This document shows positions 9,000 to 18,533 of a DNA stretch of 33,378 nucleotides, piece by piece; positions within the stretch are counted from its first letter, which is position 1; every line of letters starts with the position of its first letter. A model generated the notes under the pieces. That model saw only the letters and a program-made list of their open reading frames with translations. It searched no databases and was not told the origin of the DNA. Both the position numbers and the translations under genes were made by a program. This DNA is from Methanobacteriota archaeon (lineage in GTDB: Archaea > Thermoplasmatota > Thermoplasmata > UBA10834 > DTMW01), in assembly GCA_011046235.1 (NCBI GenBank), contig DSAX01000065.1, forward strand, positions 1 to 33,378, read 5' to 3'.

Positions 9000-10028
9000 T
9001 TGGAGAAGGCAATTTGGATTGACGCTAGCGGCCATTCGAAGCCGGAGGAGAGGAAGAGGCTCATACTCACTGCGCTGGAGAGCGGCTTCGGCCATATAGT
9101 GGTCTCTCCCGACGATACGCAGAGCAACAAGTACGGAAGATTCCACATGGTCATATCCGATGGCGACGAGTTCCTGCTGGATGGAGAGACGATCGGCAGG
9201 TCCGTTGTCATTACGAGCAAAATGGACGAGAAGCGCGCTAGGGACCTCGCTGGGAAATACGAGATTGTGGCAATCGAGGCCGCTGACTGGAAGGTGATTC
9301 CGCTCGAAAACCTAATCGTCCATTTCGCCAAATCCGAGTCGAGACTGTTCGTGCGGTCGGACAGCGTGGACGAATCGAAACTGTTCCTAGAGACGATGGA
9401 AAGGGGAGCGGACGGAATCATCTTTGTGCCTACCAGCATCGAGGATGTGAAGAGGATGAGCGACCTTCTCAGCCGACAGCTGCCGAAACAGGAACTGGCA
9501 GAAGGAGCCATCAAGCAGATAAGACACCTCGGCCTCGGTGACAGGGTATGTGTCGATACCTGCTCCCTGCTGAGCATCGGCGAGGGGATGCTGATCGGCA
9601 GCTCCTCCTCAGGTATGTTCCTCATTCACTCGGAGACATATGAATCGGAATATGTCGCGTCCAGGCCGTTCAGGGTCAATGCCGGTGCAGTGCATGCGTA
9701 TATACTGCTCCCAGACGGTTCGACGAAGTACCTCAGCGAGCTAAAGAGCGGGGATGAAGTACTGGTCGTTGATTTCAAGGGGAATTCCCGGCCAGCGGTG
9801 GTCGGGAGGGTCAAGATCGAGAGGCGGCCTCTGCTGCTCATAGAGGCCGAGGTGAGCGGACAGCTATACTCGACGATCGTGCAGAACGCGGAGACCATAC
9901 GCCTGGTGGCGGGGGAAACCGCGAAGTCGGTGACAGAACTGATGCCCGGAGACAGGGTAATGATCAGAGTCGAGGCCGGCGGACGGCACTTCGGAAGCTC
10001 GGTCGAGGAAACGATTCGGGAGAAGTAG
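9000..10028 (+). CDS. aroB': 3-dehydroquinate synthase II (archaeal type)
   Basis: DWKVIPLENL, GDRVCVDTCS, YVASRPFRVNAGAVHAY, VGRVKIERRPL, QNAETIRL, GRHFG; TTG start. Confidence 0.95.
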   Translation: MEKAIWIDASGHSKPEERKRLILTALESGFGHIVVSPDDTQSNKYGRFHMVISDGDEFLLDGETIGRSVVITSKMDEKRARDLAGKYEIVAIEAADWKVIPLENLIVHFAKSESRLFVRSDSVDESKLFLETMERGADGIIFVPTSIEDVKRMSDLLSRQLPKQELAEGAIKQIRHLGLGDRVCVDTCSLLSIGEGMLIGSSSSGMFLIHSETYESEYVASRPFRVNAGAVHAYILLPDGSTKYLSELKSGDEVLVVDFKGNSRPAVVGRVKIERRPLLLIEAEVSGQLYSTIVQNAETIRLVAGETAKSVTELMPGDRVMIRVEAGGRHFGSSVEETIREK

Positions 10029-11510
10029 ATGACGAAGATTTGCGTCCCCATTGCGGGAGACGACATGCTGAGTGCACTCGAATTGGCACATAAGGCAATC
10101 GCTGGAGGCGCAGACCTGGTCGAGATCAGAGCGGATCTCATTCCCGGAGCAACGCCCGACTCCATCGGACAGATGTTCGGGACAGTTCTCGGAAGATCGG
10201 TGATCACGCTGAGGAGCAGGAGCGAGGGGGGGGGATCCGATCTGATCGGAAACGAGAGGTCTTCCTGGATCCGAGCTGCTTTGGAGCTGCCAGCCGCATA
10301 CATCGACCTAGAAATTGACACAGATTCTGGACTGATTCCGGAGGCGAAAAGACTGGAAAAGAAGATCATAGTCTCAAAGCATTTCTTCGACGAATGGGAT
10401 GAAGGACTTGTTTCGGATTATCTCACCAGATGCTGCGAAGACGGATCGATTGGAAAGGTCGCTGCAAGAGTCGAAAGCGTCGTTGATGCAATTGACCTGC
10501 TGAAGCTCATACCAAAGATCGGTTACGACAACCACGCACTGATGGCCATGGGAACAGGAGCGGAAATAACGAGGGCGATCGCAAATGCCGTTGGATCGAG
10601 TGTGGTCTTCTGCGCCCTCGATTCCGGAAAACAGGTCGCGCCCGGTCAGCTCGACCTGCGCTCTCAGAAACGCGTTACCGGTGATAACAGCGTCATCGTT
10701 GGGCTCATCGGACACCCGCTTCACCATTCCCTTTCACCGGTCATGCATAACGCGGCTTTCGACGCGCTCGGAATACCTGGCATATACCTGCCATTCGATA
10801 TCCCGAATCCCGAAATGGTAGATTCCTTTCTCAGGGACTGTGCGGACCTGAAGCTGCGGGGTATGAATGTCACGATCCCGTATAAGGAGGTGGCATTCCG
10901 GTCGGTCGATGAGATCGAAGGAGACGCTCAGAGGGTTGGGGCGATCAACACAATAGTAATCGACGGCCAAGGCGGACTTCATGGATACAACACCGATATA
11001 TTCGGCTTCTCGGAAGCGGTCCGTATCTCGGGTTTTGACCCGTCGGGCAAGCGAACTCTGATTGTAGGAGCTGGAGGCGCTGCGAGGGCGGCCGTCCTCG
11101 CTCTCGACAAGCTCGGTGCGGAGATATCAATAGCAAACCGCACGCCGGAGAGGGCGGTATCGCTGATTTCGGATATCGAGGTAAATGCAAGGACGATCGC
11201 TATTGCCGATCTGACAGACTCGGAACCGTTCAGCTTCATAGTCAACGCGACGCCTGTAGGAATGACTGGCTTCGGCGGTTCTGCGGCAATACCAGGCGAG
11301 CTCGTGGCCGAAGCGGAGGCGGTGATGGACATGATATATAATCCGCTGGAGACGAGGCTCATATCCGACGCAAGGAGCCATGGAAAACAGGCGATTTCCG
11401 GACTGGATATGCTACTGTTCCAGGGAGCGAAGGCCTTCGAGCTCTGGACAGGAAAACGGGCGCCTATAGATATTATGAGGGAGGCGCTTAAGAAGGAGGT
11501 CTCGGGATGA
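10029..11510 (+). CDS. aroE: Bifunctional type I 3-dehydroquinate dehydratase / shikimate dehydrogenase (AroD-AroE fusion)
   Basis: N-terminal half: ADLVEIRAD, IIVSKH, IGKVA, VAPGQL. C-terminal half: HSLSPVMHN, NVTIPYK, GAINT, NTD, GAGGAARA, NATPVG, DMIYNP. Confidence 0.92.
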   Translation: MTKICVPIAGDDMLSALELAHKAIAGGADLVEIRADLIPGATPDSIGQMFGTVLGRSVITLRSRSEGGGSDLIGNERSSWIRAALELPAAYIDLEIDTDSGLIPEAKRLEKKIIVSKHFFDEWDEGLVSDYLTRCCEDGSIGKVAARVESVVDAIDLLKLIPKIGYDNHALMAMGTGAEITRAIANAVGSSVVFCALDSGKQVAPGQLDLRSQKRVTGDNSVIVGLIGHPLHHSLSPVMHNAAFDALGIPGIYLPFDIPNPEMVDSFLRDCADLKLRGMNVTIPYKEVAFRSVDEIEGDAQRVGAINTIVIDGQGGLHGYNTDIFGFSEAVRISGFDPSGKRTLIVGAGGAARAAVLALDKLGAEISIANRTPERAVSLISDIEVNARTIAIADLTDSEPFSFIVNATPVGMTGFGGSAAIPGELVAEAEAVMDMIYNPLETRLISDARSHGKQAISGLDMLLFQGAKAFELWTGKRAPIDIMREALKKEVSG

Positions 11511-12385
11511 GACGTGGAAAAGCCTCCTGCAAGGGAGCGGTTACAGTCATGAACGCGATTCCGACAGGGATCGGATCTGCCTTGGGCATAACTCTTCAGA
11601 CGGATGCCGAGGTCGATATCGAGGACGGGGATTGCTCGATAGAAACCGATATCTGCGAGAAGGACGAGAACGACCTGCTCGCACGCGAATGCGTATACGG
11701 TGTATTCGAAAGGGCGGGAATTTCTGTTCCGCGGGTCACTGTGCGGACAAGATCATCGATTCCCATTTCACGAGGGCTGAAGAGCAGCAGCGCTGCGGCA
11801 AACGCAGTTGCCCTGGCAACGGCAAGAGGGCTGGGCATCGAACTGGAGGCCTTCGAGATAATCAAAATCGGCGTCGAGGCGGCCAAGAGAGCAAAAGTCA
11901 CGGTGACCGGGGCGCTTGACGATGCCTCAGCATGCTACTTCGGAGGAATCGTCGTGACTGACAACCTGGATATGAAGATCATAAAGAGGGACAAACTGGA
12001 GAACGAGGATCTCTGGATCATCCTGCACGTTCCGCAGGAGAAGATAAGGAAAAGCGGTCTTTCATCTTCGACCTTCTCCTCGGTAATCGAAAGATTCGCC
12101 GATGTTCAGAAGCTCGTTGACGAGGGACGGTACTTCGAAGCCCTGACATTGAACGGTGAGCTTTGCTCCGAAGCCCTGGGGCTGGATACAGACACAGCGC
12201 ACAAAGCACTGGACACGGGTGCCATCGCCGCAGGTCTTACGGGAACCGGTCCCGCAACCGCGATAATATGCGGTCAAGAATCCTTTGACGACGTCATGTC
12301 GGCGATCATGCATGATGGTTCCGACATAATCGTCGCAGAGCCAAACCTGACCCCGGCTCCGGAGGTGAGACAACGGCACTTCTGA
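11507..12385 (+). CDS. aroK: Archaeal (GHMP-type) shikimate kinase
   Basis: GAVTVMNAIPTGIGSA, IPISRGLKSSSAAANA, TVTGALDDA, GLTGTGPA; ATGA overlap with aroDE. Confidence 0.93.
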   Translation: MRRGKASCKGAVTVMNAIPTGIGSALGITLQTDAEVDIEDGDCSIETDICEKDENDLLARECVYGVFERAGISVPRVTVRTRSSIPISRGLKSSSAAANAVALATARGLGIELEAFEIIKIGVEAAKRAKVTVTGALDDASACYFGGIVVTDNLDMKIIKRDKLENEDLWIILHVPQEKIRKSGLSSSTFSSVIERFADVQKLVDEGRYFEALTLNGELCSEALGLDTDTAHKALDTGAIAAGLTGTGPATAIICGQESFDDVMSAIMHDGSDIIVAEPNLTPAPEVRQRHF

Positions 12386-13647
12386 TCTCGCACAGCTCAT
12401 TATCCGGGGAGATAGATGCCTCCCCTTCGAAAAGCTATACACACCGTGCAATTATCCTCGGAGCTCTATCGGGAGAGAAATTCCGGATCCAGAATCCCCT
12501 TATTTCGGATGATACGGCGTCAACCATGGCAGCTCTATCGATGATGGGAGCTACTATCGAGAGGACGAGCGATGCTATCATAATAGAACTGAAGGAACTC
12601 ATGGCACCCCTGGGAATCGTCGATGTTGGTAATTCCGGCACTACGTTACGACTCATATCGGGAACGGCGGCCCTGATTTCCGGAGAGACAGGATTGACGG
12701 GCGACGAGAGCATCAGGAAGAGACCGATCAAACCGTTGCTGAACGCTCTCAGGGAGCTCGGTGCGTCATGTAAAGGCACGGGCCCAGACGAATTGCCGCC
12801 TGTGAGCATCAGAGGCCCGATGACTGGGACCCAGGCGCATCTGCCAGGGGACGTCAGCTCGCAGTTCATCTCCTCTTTGCTGCTATCGTGTCCAATCAAG
12901 GAATCGGATACCGATCTGGAAATTACAGGCGAGCGGAAATCAAAGTCATATGTCGACGTGACTCTTCACATGCTCAGGGTGCTGGGAATAGAGATAGATG
13001 AGAGGGATAACGGATATCGGATCGGAGGCGGGCAGATACCGAAAGGAAAGGGATACGAAATTCCGGGCGACTTCTCGTCGGCATCGTTCCCCCTGGTCGG
13101 CGCTGCGATAACAGGCGGATCCGTAGTCATCAAAGGTCTGGATCCGAATATTCCGCAGGGCGATTCTCTGGTCATCGACGCCCTTGAGACATATGGTGCC
13201 GACATAACCTGCAGAAAGGGGTCCGTAATCTGCAGCGGCGCCAAGAAGACGCCATTCGAATTCGATGTCTCACATTCACCGGATCTGTTCCCTGTCCTTG
13301 CCGTGCTGGCTTCGACGGCTGAGGGTGAATCGACTCTGCTCGGTGGAGAACACCTGAAGTTCAAGGAAAGCGACAGGATATCGACGACGGTATCCATGCT
13401 CAATGATATGGGCGTCCATGCCGAAAGCAGAGGTGACGGATGTATAGTGTTCGGCACTGGCAGGATCAAAGGCGGTACTGTGAGCACCAAGGGAGATCAC
13501 AGGATAATGATGGCGGCGACAATTGCGGGGTTGGCCTCCGAGGAGGGTGTTAAAATGGATGACGATAATTCATATGCTGTTTCATACCCGAGTTTCCTGG
13601 ATGATATTCGCTCACTGGGAGGAGACGCGAAGGAGGTGACCGATTGA
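12373..13647 (+). CDS. aroA: 3-phosphoshikimate 1-carboxyvinyltransferase (EPSP synthase); start apparently non-canonical (ACG 12373 or CTG 12382)
   Basis: The conserved N-terminus LSGEIDASPSKSYTHRA lies in frame upstream of the first ATG (12526). Also GNSGTTLR, LTGDESIRKRP, SSQFISSLL, KESDRI, DHRI, VSYPSF. Confidence 0.92.
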   Translation, partial: TALLISHSSLSGEIDASPSKSYTHRAIILGALSGEKFRIQNPLISDDTASTMAALSMMGATIERTSDAIIIELKELMAPLGIVDVGNSGTTLRLISGTAALISGETGLTGDESIRKRPIKPLLNALRELGASCKGTGPDELPPVSIRGPMTGTQAHLPGDVSSQFISSLLLSCPIKESDTDLEITGERKSKSYVDVTLHMLRVLGIEIDERDNGYRIGGGQIPKGKGYEIPGDFSSASFPLVGAAITGGSVVIKGLDPNIPQGDSLVIDALETYGADITCRKGSVICSGAKKTPFEFDVSHSPDLFPVLAVLASTAEGESTLLGGEHLKFKESDRISTTVSMLNDMGVHAESRGDGCIVFGTGRIKGGTVSTKGDHRIMMAATIAGLASEEGVKMDDDNSYAVSYPSFLDDIRSLGGDAKEVTD

Positions 13648-14720
13648 ACTCATTCGGACAGATCTACAGGACGACCATATTCGGCGCCAGCCATGACTTG
13701 GCAATTGGCTGCGCAGTTGACGGATGCCCCCCCGGGGTCAGAATCTTGAAAGAGGAGATACAGAAGCAACTTGACAGGAGACGCCCTGGAGGATCGGACT
13801 TGAGCTCCCCCAGAAAGGAAAAGGACAGGATCGAGGTGCTCTCCGGCCTGCTGGATGGAAAGACTACCGGTGGACCCATTGCCGCAATAGTGCGGAACAA
13901 GGACGTCCAGCCGAGTGCATACGAGGCTTTCAGGAATGTCCCGAGGCCTGGTCATGCTGACTTCACCGCTTCAGTGAAGTACAAAGGACATCAGGACATC
14001 CGTGGCGGGGGCACCTTCTCCGGAAGGATGACCATTCCGATAGTCATCTCCGGATCGATCGCATCCCAGGTCATGAAGCCGAACGGCATTCGAATAGCCG
14101 CGCACAGCCTGAGGATCGGAAGGGTATGGGCGAAATCCAATCCGCCGGTTCCGAACATCGAGAGAATTGCCAGAAAAAACTCAGTCGCCTGCGCAGACCC
14201 AACAGTCGCGAAGCTCATGAAGGAGGAGATCCTCGACGCGAAGCGAGAGAAGGACAGCGTCGGCGGAATAATCGAATGCATAATGACCGGGCTCCCAGTG
14301 GGCGTCGGTGAGCCTTTTTTCGATTCGGTTGAGGGAGTGCTATCTCATCTTCTCTTTTCAATTCCAGCAGTTAAGGGGATAGAGTTCGGTGCAGGATTTC
14401 AGGTCGCGGAGATGAGGGGCAGCGAGAACAACGACGCCTTCGACATCCGAAACGGTAAGATCATCACAAGAACTAACAACGCCGGTGGCATTCTGGGAGG
14501 GATTTCGAACGGAATGCCAGTGATTCTAAGGGTTGCCGTCAAGCCCACCCCTTCGATTGGAAAATCCCAGCGCAGTATAAACTTGAAGGAAAAGAAGGTA
14601 ACAGATTTGGAGATAGCGGGAAGGCACGACCCATGCATCGTACCAAGGGCGGTTCCAGTTGTAGAATCGGCAGTCGCCATGGGAATCTTGGATCTCATGT
14701 TAGTGGGGGGCATACTCTGA
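13644..14720 (+). CDS. aroC: Chorismate synthase
   Basis: TIFGASH, RRRPG, PRPGHAD, RGGGTFSGR, IPAVKGIEFG, NNAGGILGGISNG, GRHDPCI; SD GGAGGTGA, TTG start. Confidence 0.96.
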   Translation: MNSFGQIYRTTIFGASHDLAIGCAVDGCPPGVRILKEEIQKQLDRRRPGGSDLSSPRKEKDRIEVLSGLLDGKTTGGPIAAIVRNKDVQPSAYEAFRNVPRPGHADFTASVKYKGHQDIRGGGTFSGRMTIPIVISGSIASQVMKPNGIRIAAHSLRIGRVWAKSNPPVPNIERIARKNSVACADPTVAKLMKEEILDAKREKDSVGGIIECIMTGLPVGVGEPFFDSVEGVLSHLLFSIPAVKGIEFGAGFQVAEMRGSENNDAFDIRNGKIITRTNNAGGILGGISNGMPVILRVAVKPTPSIGKSQRSINLKEKKVTDLEIAGRHDPCIVPRAVPVVESAVAMGILDLMLVGGIL

Positions 14721-15817
14721 TCGAAGAGAATATTGAGGCGTTCAGGAGATACATATCTCAGATAGACTCGGAACTGCTCAGTTTGATTTCCGAGAGACTG
14801 TCAGTCGCAAGGCGAATAGGTTCAATGAAGTACGCATCTGGAAAGGAGATAAGAGACCCAGAGATTGAGAGAAGGAACCTTTCGGCCATTAAGGAACGAG
14901 CAAAGGCAATAGATGTGCCTCCGGAATTGGCCACAAGCTTATTCGAGAAACTGGTAGACGAATCCGTCCGGGAACAGAGGGCTCTCGATGAGCTGATTCC
15001 TAACCGGGGAATATCCGGTAACTGCGTCATATACGGCGGTGCTGGAGGTATGGGGCGCCTGTTTGCAGAGCTACTGCTATTCGAAGGATACGAGGTTGTG
15101 ATTGTAAGATCATCCGGAGCAATCCTCAGATACCCGGATTTCGAGAGTACTGCACTTCCGGATGAATGTGAGCTCTCAATAGTATCGGTTCCGATGTCAA
15201 TTACGGCCGATACGATAAGCAGAGCGGCAAATGAGCTGAAATGCAAACGAATATACGAGATATGTAGCATGAAAAATCATTTAAAGGAAACAATATCTAA
15301 TGTCAGAAAATACGGTGTGGAGGTTGTCAGCCTACATCCGATGTTTGGTCCAGAGATCCGGTCCTTCAAGGACAAGCCCGTGATATTCTGCGGGAGCAGT
15401 AATACGGCATTTAAAGAGGATCCAGTCTGGAAGGCGTTTGCCTCCAGGGATGCAAGGCTGATGACCGTAGATTTTGAGATCCACGATCGGTTGATGTCCT
15501 ACATTCTTCAGACGACGCATGCTCTGAACATAATGTATTTTACACTGTTATCGAATAGCGGATTCGATCTACTCGATATCGCTGATAGGGCGAGCCCTAT
15601 ATGCGAAAGACAGCTCGAAAACGCACGGGCAGTAGCTCGTCAGGATCCGCAACTGTACTTTGAGATTCAGAAGCTCAGTGGAGTTAGAAAGGGACTGATA
15701 TCGGAATTAGAACGGGCTTTCGCAGAACTCAAGAAGGCGCTTGAAGATGACTCTGGGGAGAGATTTGAAGCGCTCATGAATATCGGAAAGGAATATTTCA
15801 AAGGAGGAGGAGCATGA
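14717..15817 (+). CDS. tyrA: Chorismate mutase (AroQ) / prephenate dehydrogenase fusion; probable CTG start overlapping the aroC stop
   Basis: AroQ pattern RRYISQIDSELLSLISERLSVARRIGSMK...IRDPEIE; GGAGGMG Rossmann motif, SLHPMFGP, HDRLMSY. The start position is inferred. Confidence 0.85.
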   Translation: MIEENIEAFRRYISQIDSELLSLISERLSVARRIGSMKYASGKEIRDPEIERRNLSAIKERAKAIDVPPELATSLFEKLVDESVREQRALDELIPNRGISGNCVIYGGAGGMGRLFAELLLFEGYEVVIVRSSGAILRYPDFESTALPDECELSIVSVPMSITADTISRAANELKCKRIYEICSMKNHLKETISNVRKYGVEVVSLHPMFGPEIRSFKDKPVIFCGSSNTAFKEDPVWKAFASRDARLMTVDFEIHDRLMSYILQTTHALNIMYFTLLSNSGFDLLDIADRASPICERQLENARAVARQDPQLYFEIQKLSGVRKGLISELERAFAELKKALEDDSGERFEALMNIGKEYFKGGGA

Positions 15818-16884
15818 ATAAGATACCAGCGGCAATATTCGGAGCATCTGGAATGGTGGGGCAGAGATTCGCCTCTCTGTTACAGAACCACCCGCAGATC
15901 GAACTGGTAGCGGCATACTCTTCAGATCGATCGAGGGGGAAGACCCTGGGAGAGATATGGAGAATCCCAGAGATACCGCTCATAGAAGATGTGTCATCTT
16001 TGAAGCTGGAGAAACTGGACGTAGAAGATGCTGCTGCGAAAGGGGTGAAAATCGCCTTCGGCGCACTTCCTGCAGACCTGGCAAGAGATGTCGAGCTCGT
16101 TGCAGCCTCAAAGGGGATCGCGGTGTTCTCAAACGCGGGAGCCTACAGGATGGAGTCAGACGTTCCGATATTGATACCGGAAATCAACTTCGACCATCTG
16201 AATATTGTGGACGTGCAGAGGAAGAACCGAAACAGCAAGGGGTTCATAGTCACGAACTCGAACTGCTCGGTTGCAGGTTTATCGGTAGCGCTTAAGCCTT
16301 TAGTAGACCGGCTCCGGTTCAAGAGGGTGTTCGTGAGCACATACCAGGCGATCTCCGGCGCGGGATATCCCGGAGTTCCTTCACTGGACATCAACGCCAA
16401 CTGCCTGCCCTTCATCAAGAACGAGGAGGAGAAGATGAATCGTGAGGCACGCAAGATACTCGGAAGCTTCAACGGCAAATCGATAGATCCACGGGATATC
16501 GAGGTCTGGGCACACTGCGTGAGGGTGCCCTGCAGGGATGGTCACCTCGAATCCGTCAGCATTCTACTGGATGGGCAACCTCCGAGCGTAGAAGAGTTGG
16601 AGCGGATATTCGATGAGTTCACGGGCGTACCACAGGAGCTGAAACTTCCGACTGCCCCGCAGCAGGCGATAATAGTGCGGAAGGAGAGGGACAGACCACA
16701 GCCCATCCTGGATGCAATGGCCGGCTATCCGGATAGAGCCAGAGGAATGGCGGTATCGGTTGGAAGGATAAGGATAGACGGCAATCTGCTGAGATTCTTC
16801 TGTCTAGTGCATAACACATTAAGAGGCGGCGCGGGAGATTCTGTGCTTAACGCGGAATGCGCAATCCATGAGGGAAAAACATAG
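15814..16884 (+). CDS. asd: Aspartate-semialdehyde dehydrogenase (archaeal/fungal type)
   Basis: GASGMVGQRF, TNSNCS (catalytic Cys), QAISGAGYPG, CVRVPCRDGH, HNTLRGGAG. Confidence 0.95.
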   Translation: MNKIPAAIFGASGMVGQRFASLLQNHPQIELVAAYSSDRSRGKTLGEIWRIPEIPLIEDVSSLKLEKLDVEDAAAKGVKIAFGALPADLARDVELVAASKGIAVFSNAGAYRMESDVPILIPEINFDHLNIVDVQRKNRNSKGFIVTNSNCSVAGLSVALKPLVDRLRFKRVFVSTYQAISGAGYPGVPSLDINANCLPFIKNEEEKMNREARKILGSFNGKSIDPRDIEVWAHCVRVPCRDGHLESVSILLDGQPPSVEELERIFDEFTGVPQELKLPTAPQQAIIVRKERDRPQPILDAMAGYPDRARGMAVSVGRIRIDGNLLRFFCLVHNTLRGGAGDSVLNAECAIHEGKT

Positions 16885-16934
16885 TCCATCAGGAGCGAGC
16901 TAGGCTTGCTGAGCGAGAAGGAGGAGTGAAAGAA

Positions 16935-18122
16935 ATGAAAAAAGAAAAGAAAATACGGACCTACGGCGAGATAAACGAGAAGATACTTGCGAAAAGTGTC
17001 TCTGTCATGACCGCCGAGGAATTCAAGGCGAAGGTTGAAACCGACGGCCTGGAGAAGGCTGCTGAGGAGGTCGATGTTGTGACCACCGGAACCTTCGGCG
17101 CTATGTGCTCCTCCGGACTGCTTCTCAACTTCGGTCACTCAGACCCACCGATAAAGATGCAGAAGATCTTGCTGGACGAGATTCCGGCCTTCGGCGGTCT
17201 CGCGGCGGTCGACACATATCTCGGCGCTACGGAGATGGACGAGAGCCTCAACTTCTTTCGCGGGGGCGCCCATGTAATAGAGGATATCGTACGGGGAAAG
17301 CCCGTGAGGCTAAAGGCTCACTCGTACGGGACGGACTGCTACCCAAGGAAGGACATTGATACATGGATATCATTGAAAACGGTTAACCAGGCCGTCCTGT
17401 TGAATCCGAGGAACTGCTATCAGAACTACGCCGCGGCGACGAACTCATCGGACAAAATAATCTACACATACATGGGCAAACTGCTGCCCGAGTTCGGAAA
17501 TGTCACATACAGCTCCGCGGGGGAATTGAGCCCGCTGTTGAACGACCCGTTCTACAGGACGATCGGCATCGGAACCAGGATATTCCTGGGAGGCGGTGAC
17601 GGATACGTCTTCTGGGAGGGGACGCAGTTCAACGCCAAGACACCGAGGGCTCCGAACGGCACGCCTACCCGTCCAGCGGGCGCCATCGCGGTGGTCGGCG
17701 ACCTGAAGAAGATGTCCGCAGATTATCTGCGGGGGCTGACGATGCACAGGTACGGGACCACGCTGGCCGTGGGGATAGGAATTCCGATCCCGATTCTCGA
17801 CCTGGAAATGGCCAAGTTCTGCTCCGTGAGAGACGCGGATATTTCTACCGCCGTCTTCGACTACAGCGAGGAGAAGAGGAGCAGAGGCGTTGTCAGGGAA
17901 GCAAATTACGAGGAGCTCAAGAGCGGCGAGTTGGAGATTAAGGGGACGAAGGTTCCGACCTCCTCCCTTTCGAGCATGTACAAGGCGAGGCAGATAACCG
18001 TCGAGCTCAAGAACCGGATTGTGAACGGGAACTTCTTGCTCCAGGAGCCAATCGAGAGATTCGACCTGGAGCATACCATGAAGCCACTTGAGATACGGAC
18101 CAGGGAGGAGGTGCTCAAATGA
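16935..18122 (+). CDS. L-aspartate semialdehyde sulfurtransferase / homocysteine biosynthesis protein (MA1821/MJ0100, DUF39 family), no CBS domains
   Basis: VDVVTTGTFGAMCSSG, GLAAVDTYLGAT, GTDCYPRK, NPRNCYQNY, TYMGKLLP, LSPLLNDP, GIGTRIFLGG, VGIGIPIP. Confidence 0.9.
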   Translation: MKKEKKIRTYGEINEKILAKSVSVMTAEEFKAKVETDGLEKAAEEVDVVTTGTFGAMCSSGLLLNFGHSDPPIKMQKILLDEIPAFGGLAAVDTYLGATEMDESLNFFRGGAHVIEDIVRGKPVRLKAHSYGTDCYPRKDIDTWISLKTVNQAVLLNPRNCYQNYAAATNSSDKIIYTYMGKLLPEFGNVTYSSAGELSPLLNDPFYRTIGIGTRIFLGGGDGYVFWEGTQFNAKTPRAPNGTPTRPAGAIAVVGDLKKMSADYLRGLTMHRYGTTLAVGIGIPIPILDLEMAKFCSVRDADISTAVFDYSEEKRSRGVVREANYEELKSGELEIKGTKVPTSSLSSMYKARQITVELKNRIVNGNFLLQEPIERFDLEHTMKPLEIRTREEVLK

Positions 18123-18520
18123 AAACAAAGCTAGTCCTGACTTTCCCTCAGATCGCTGTCCAAGAGCCAATCACATGCTCCCTGGTCGAAGAGTTCCGAA
18201 TCAAGATGAACATCCTGAGGGCACAGATCGACGAAAGAGGCGGCAAGATCGTCCTCGAACTGACGGGCACGAGCGACCAGATAAAGGACGGAATCCACTA
18301 TCTGAAGGACAAGAACGTGAAGGTCCAATCGATCGAGGAAGGGGTCAGGAAGGACGAGGACAAATGCACGCATTGCGGCGCCTGCATTTCGGTATGCCCG
18401 ACGGCAGCTCTCTGTTTTGACAAGGAGAGCTGGAAGGTGGTATTCGACGACCAGAAATGCGTAGTCTGCGGGCTTTGTATAGACGCATGTCCGACGACCG
18501 CGATGGAGCTTCTCCTGTGA
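18119..18520 (+). CDS. NIL-domain / 2x[4Fe-4S] ferredoxin partner of the homocysteine sulfurtransferase (MA1822/MJ0099-like)
   Basis: MNILRAQI NIL motif; CTHCGACISVCP and CVVCGLCIDACP; ATGA overlap with the upstream gene. Confidence 0.9.
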   Translation: MKTKLVLTFPQIAVQEPITCSLVEEFRIKMNILRAQIDERGGKIVLELTGTSDQIKDGIHYLKDKNVKVQSIEEGVRKDEDKCTHCGACISVCPTAALCFDKESWKVVFDDQKCVVCGLCIDACPTTAMELLL

Positions 18521-18533
18521 AGAGGATGCGATC

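Noticed and set aside
12386-12525. aroA as a 5'-truncated pseudogene or frameshift
   Set aside because: The frame is open and conserved back to an SD; only the start codon is unusual
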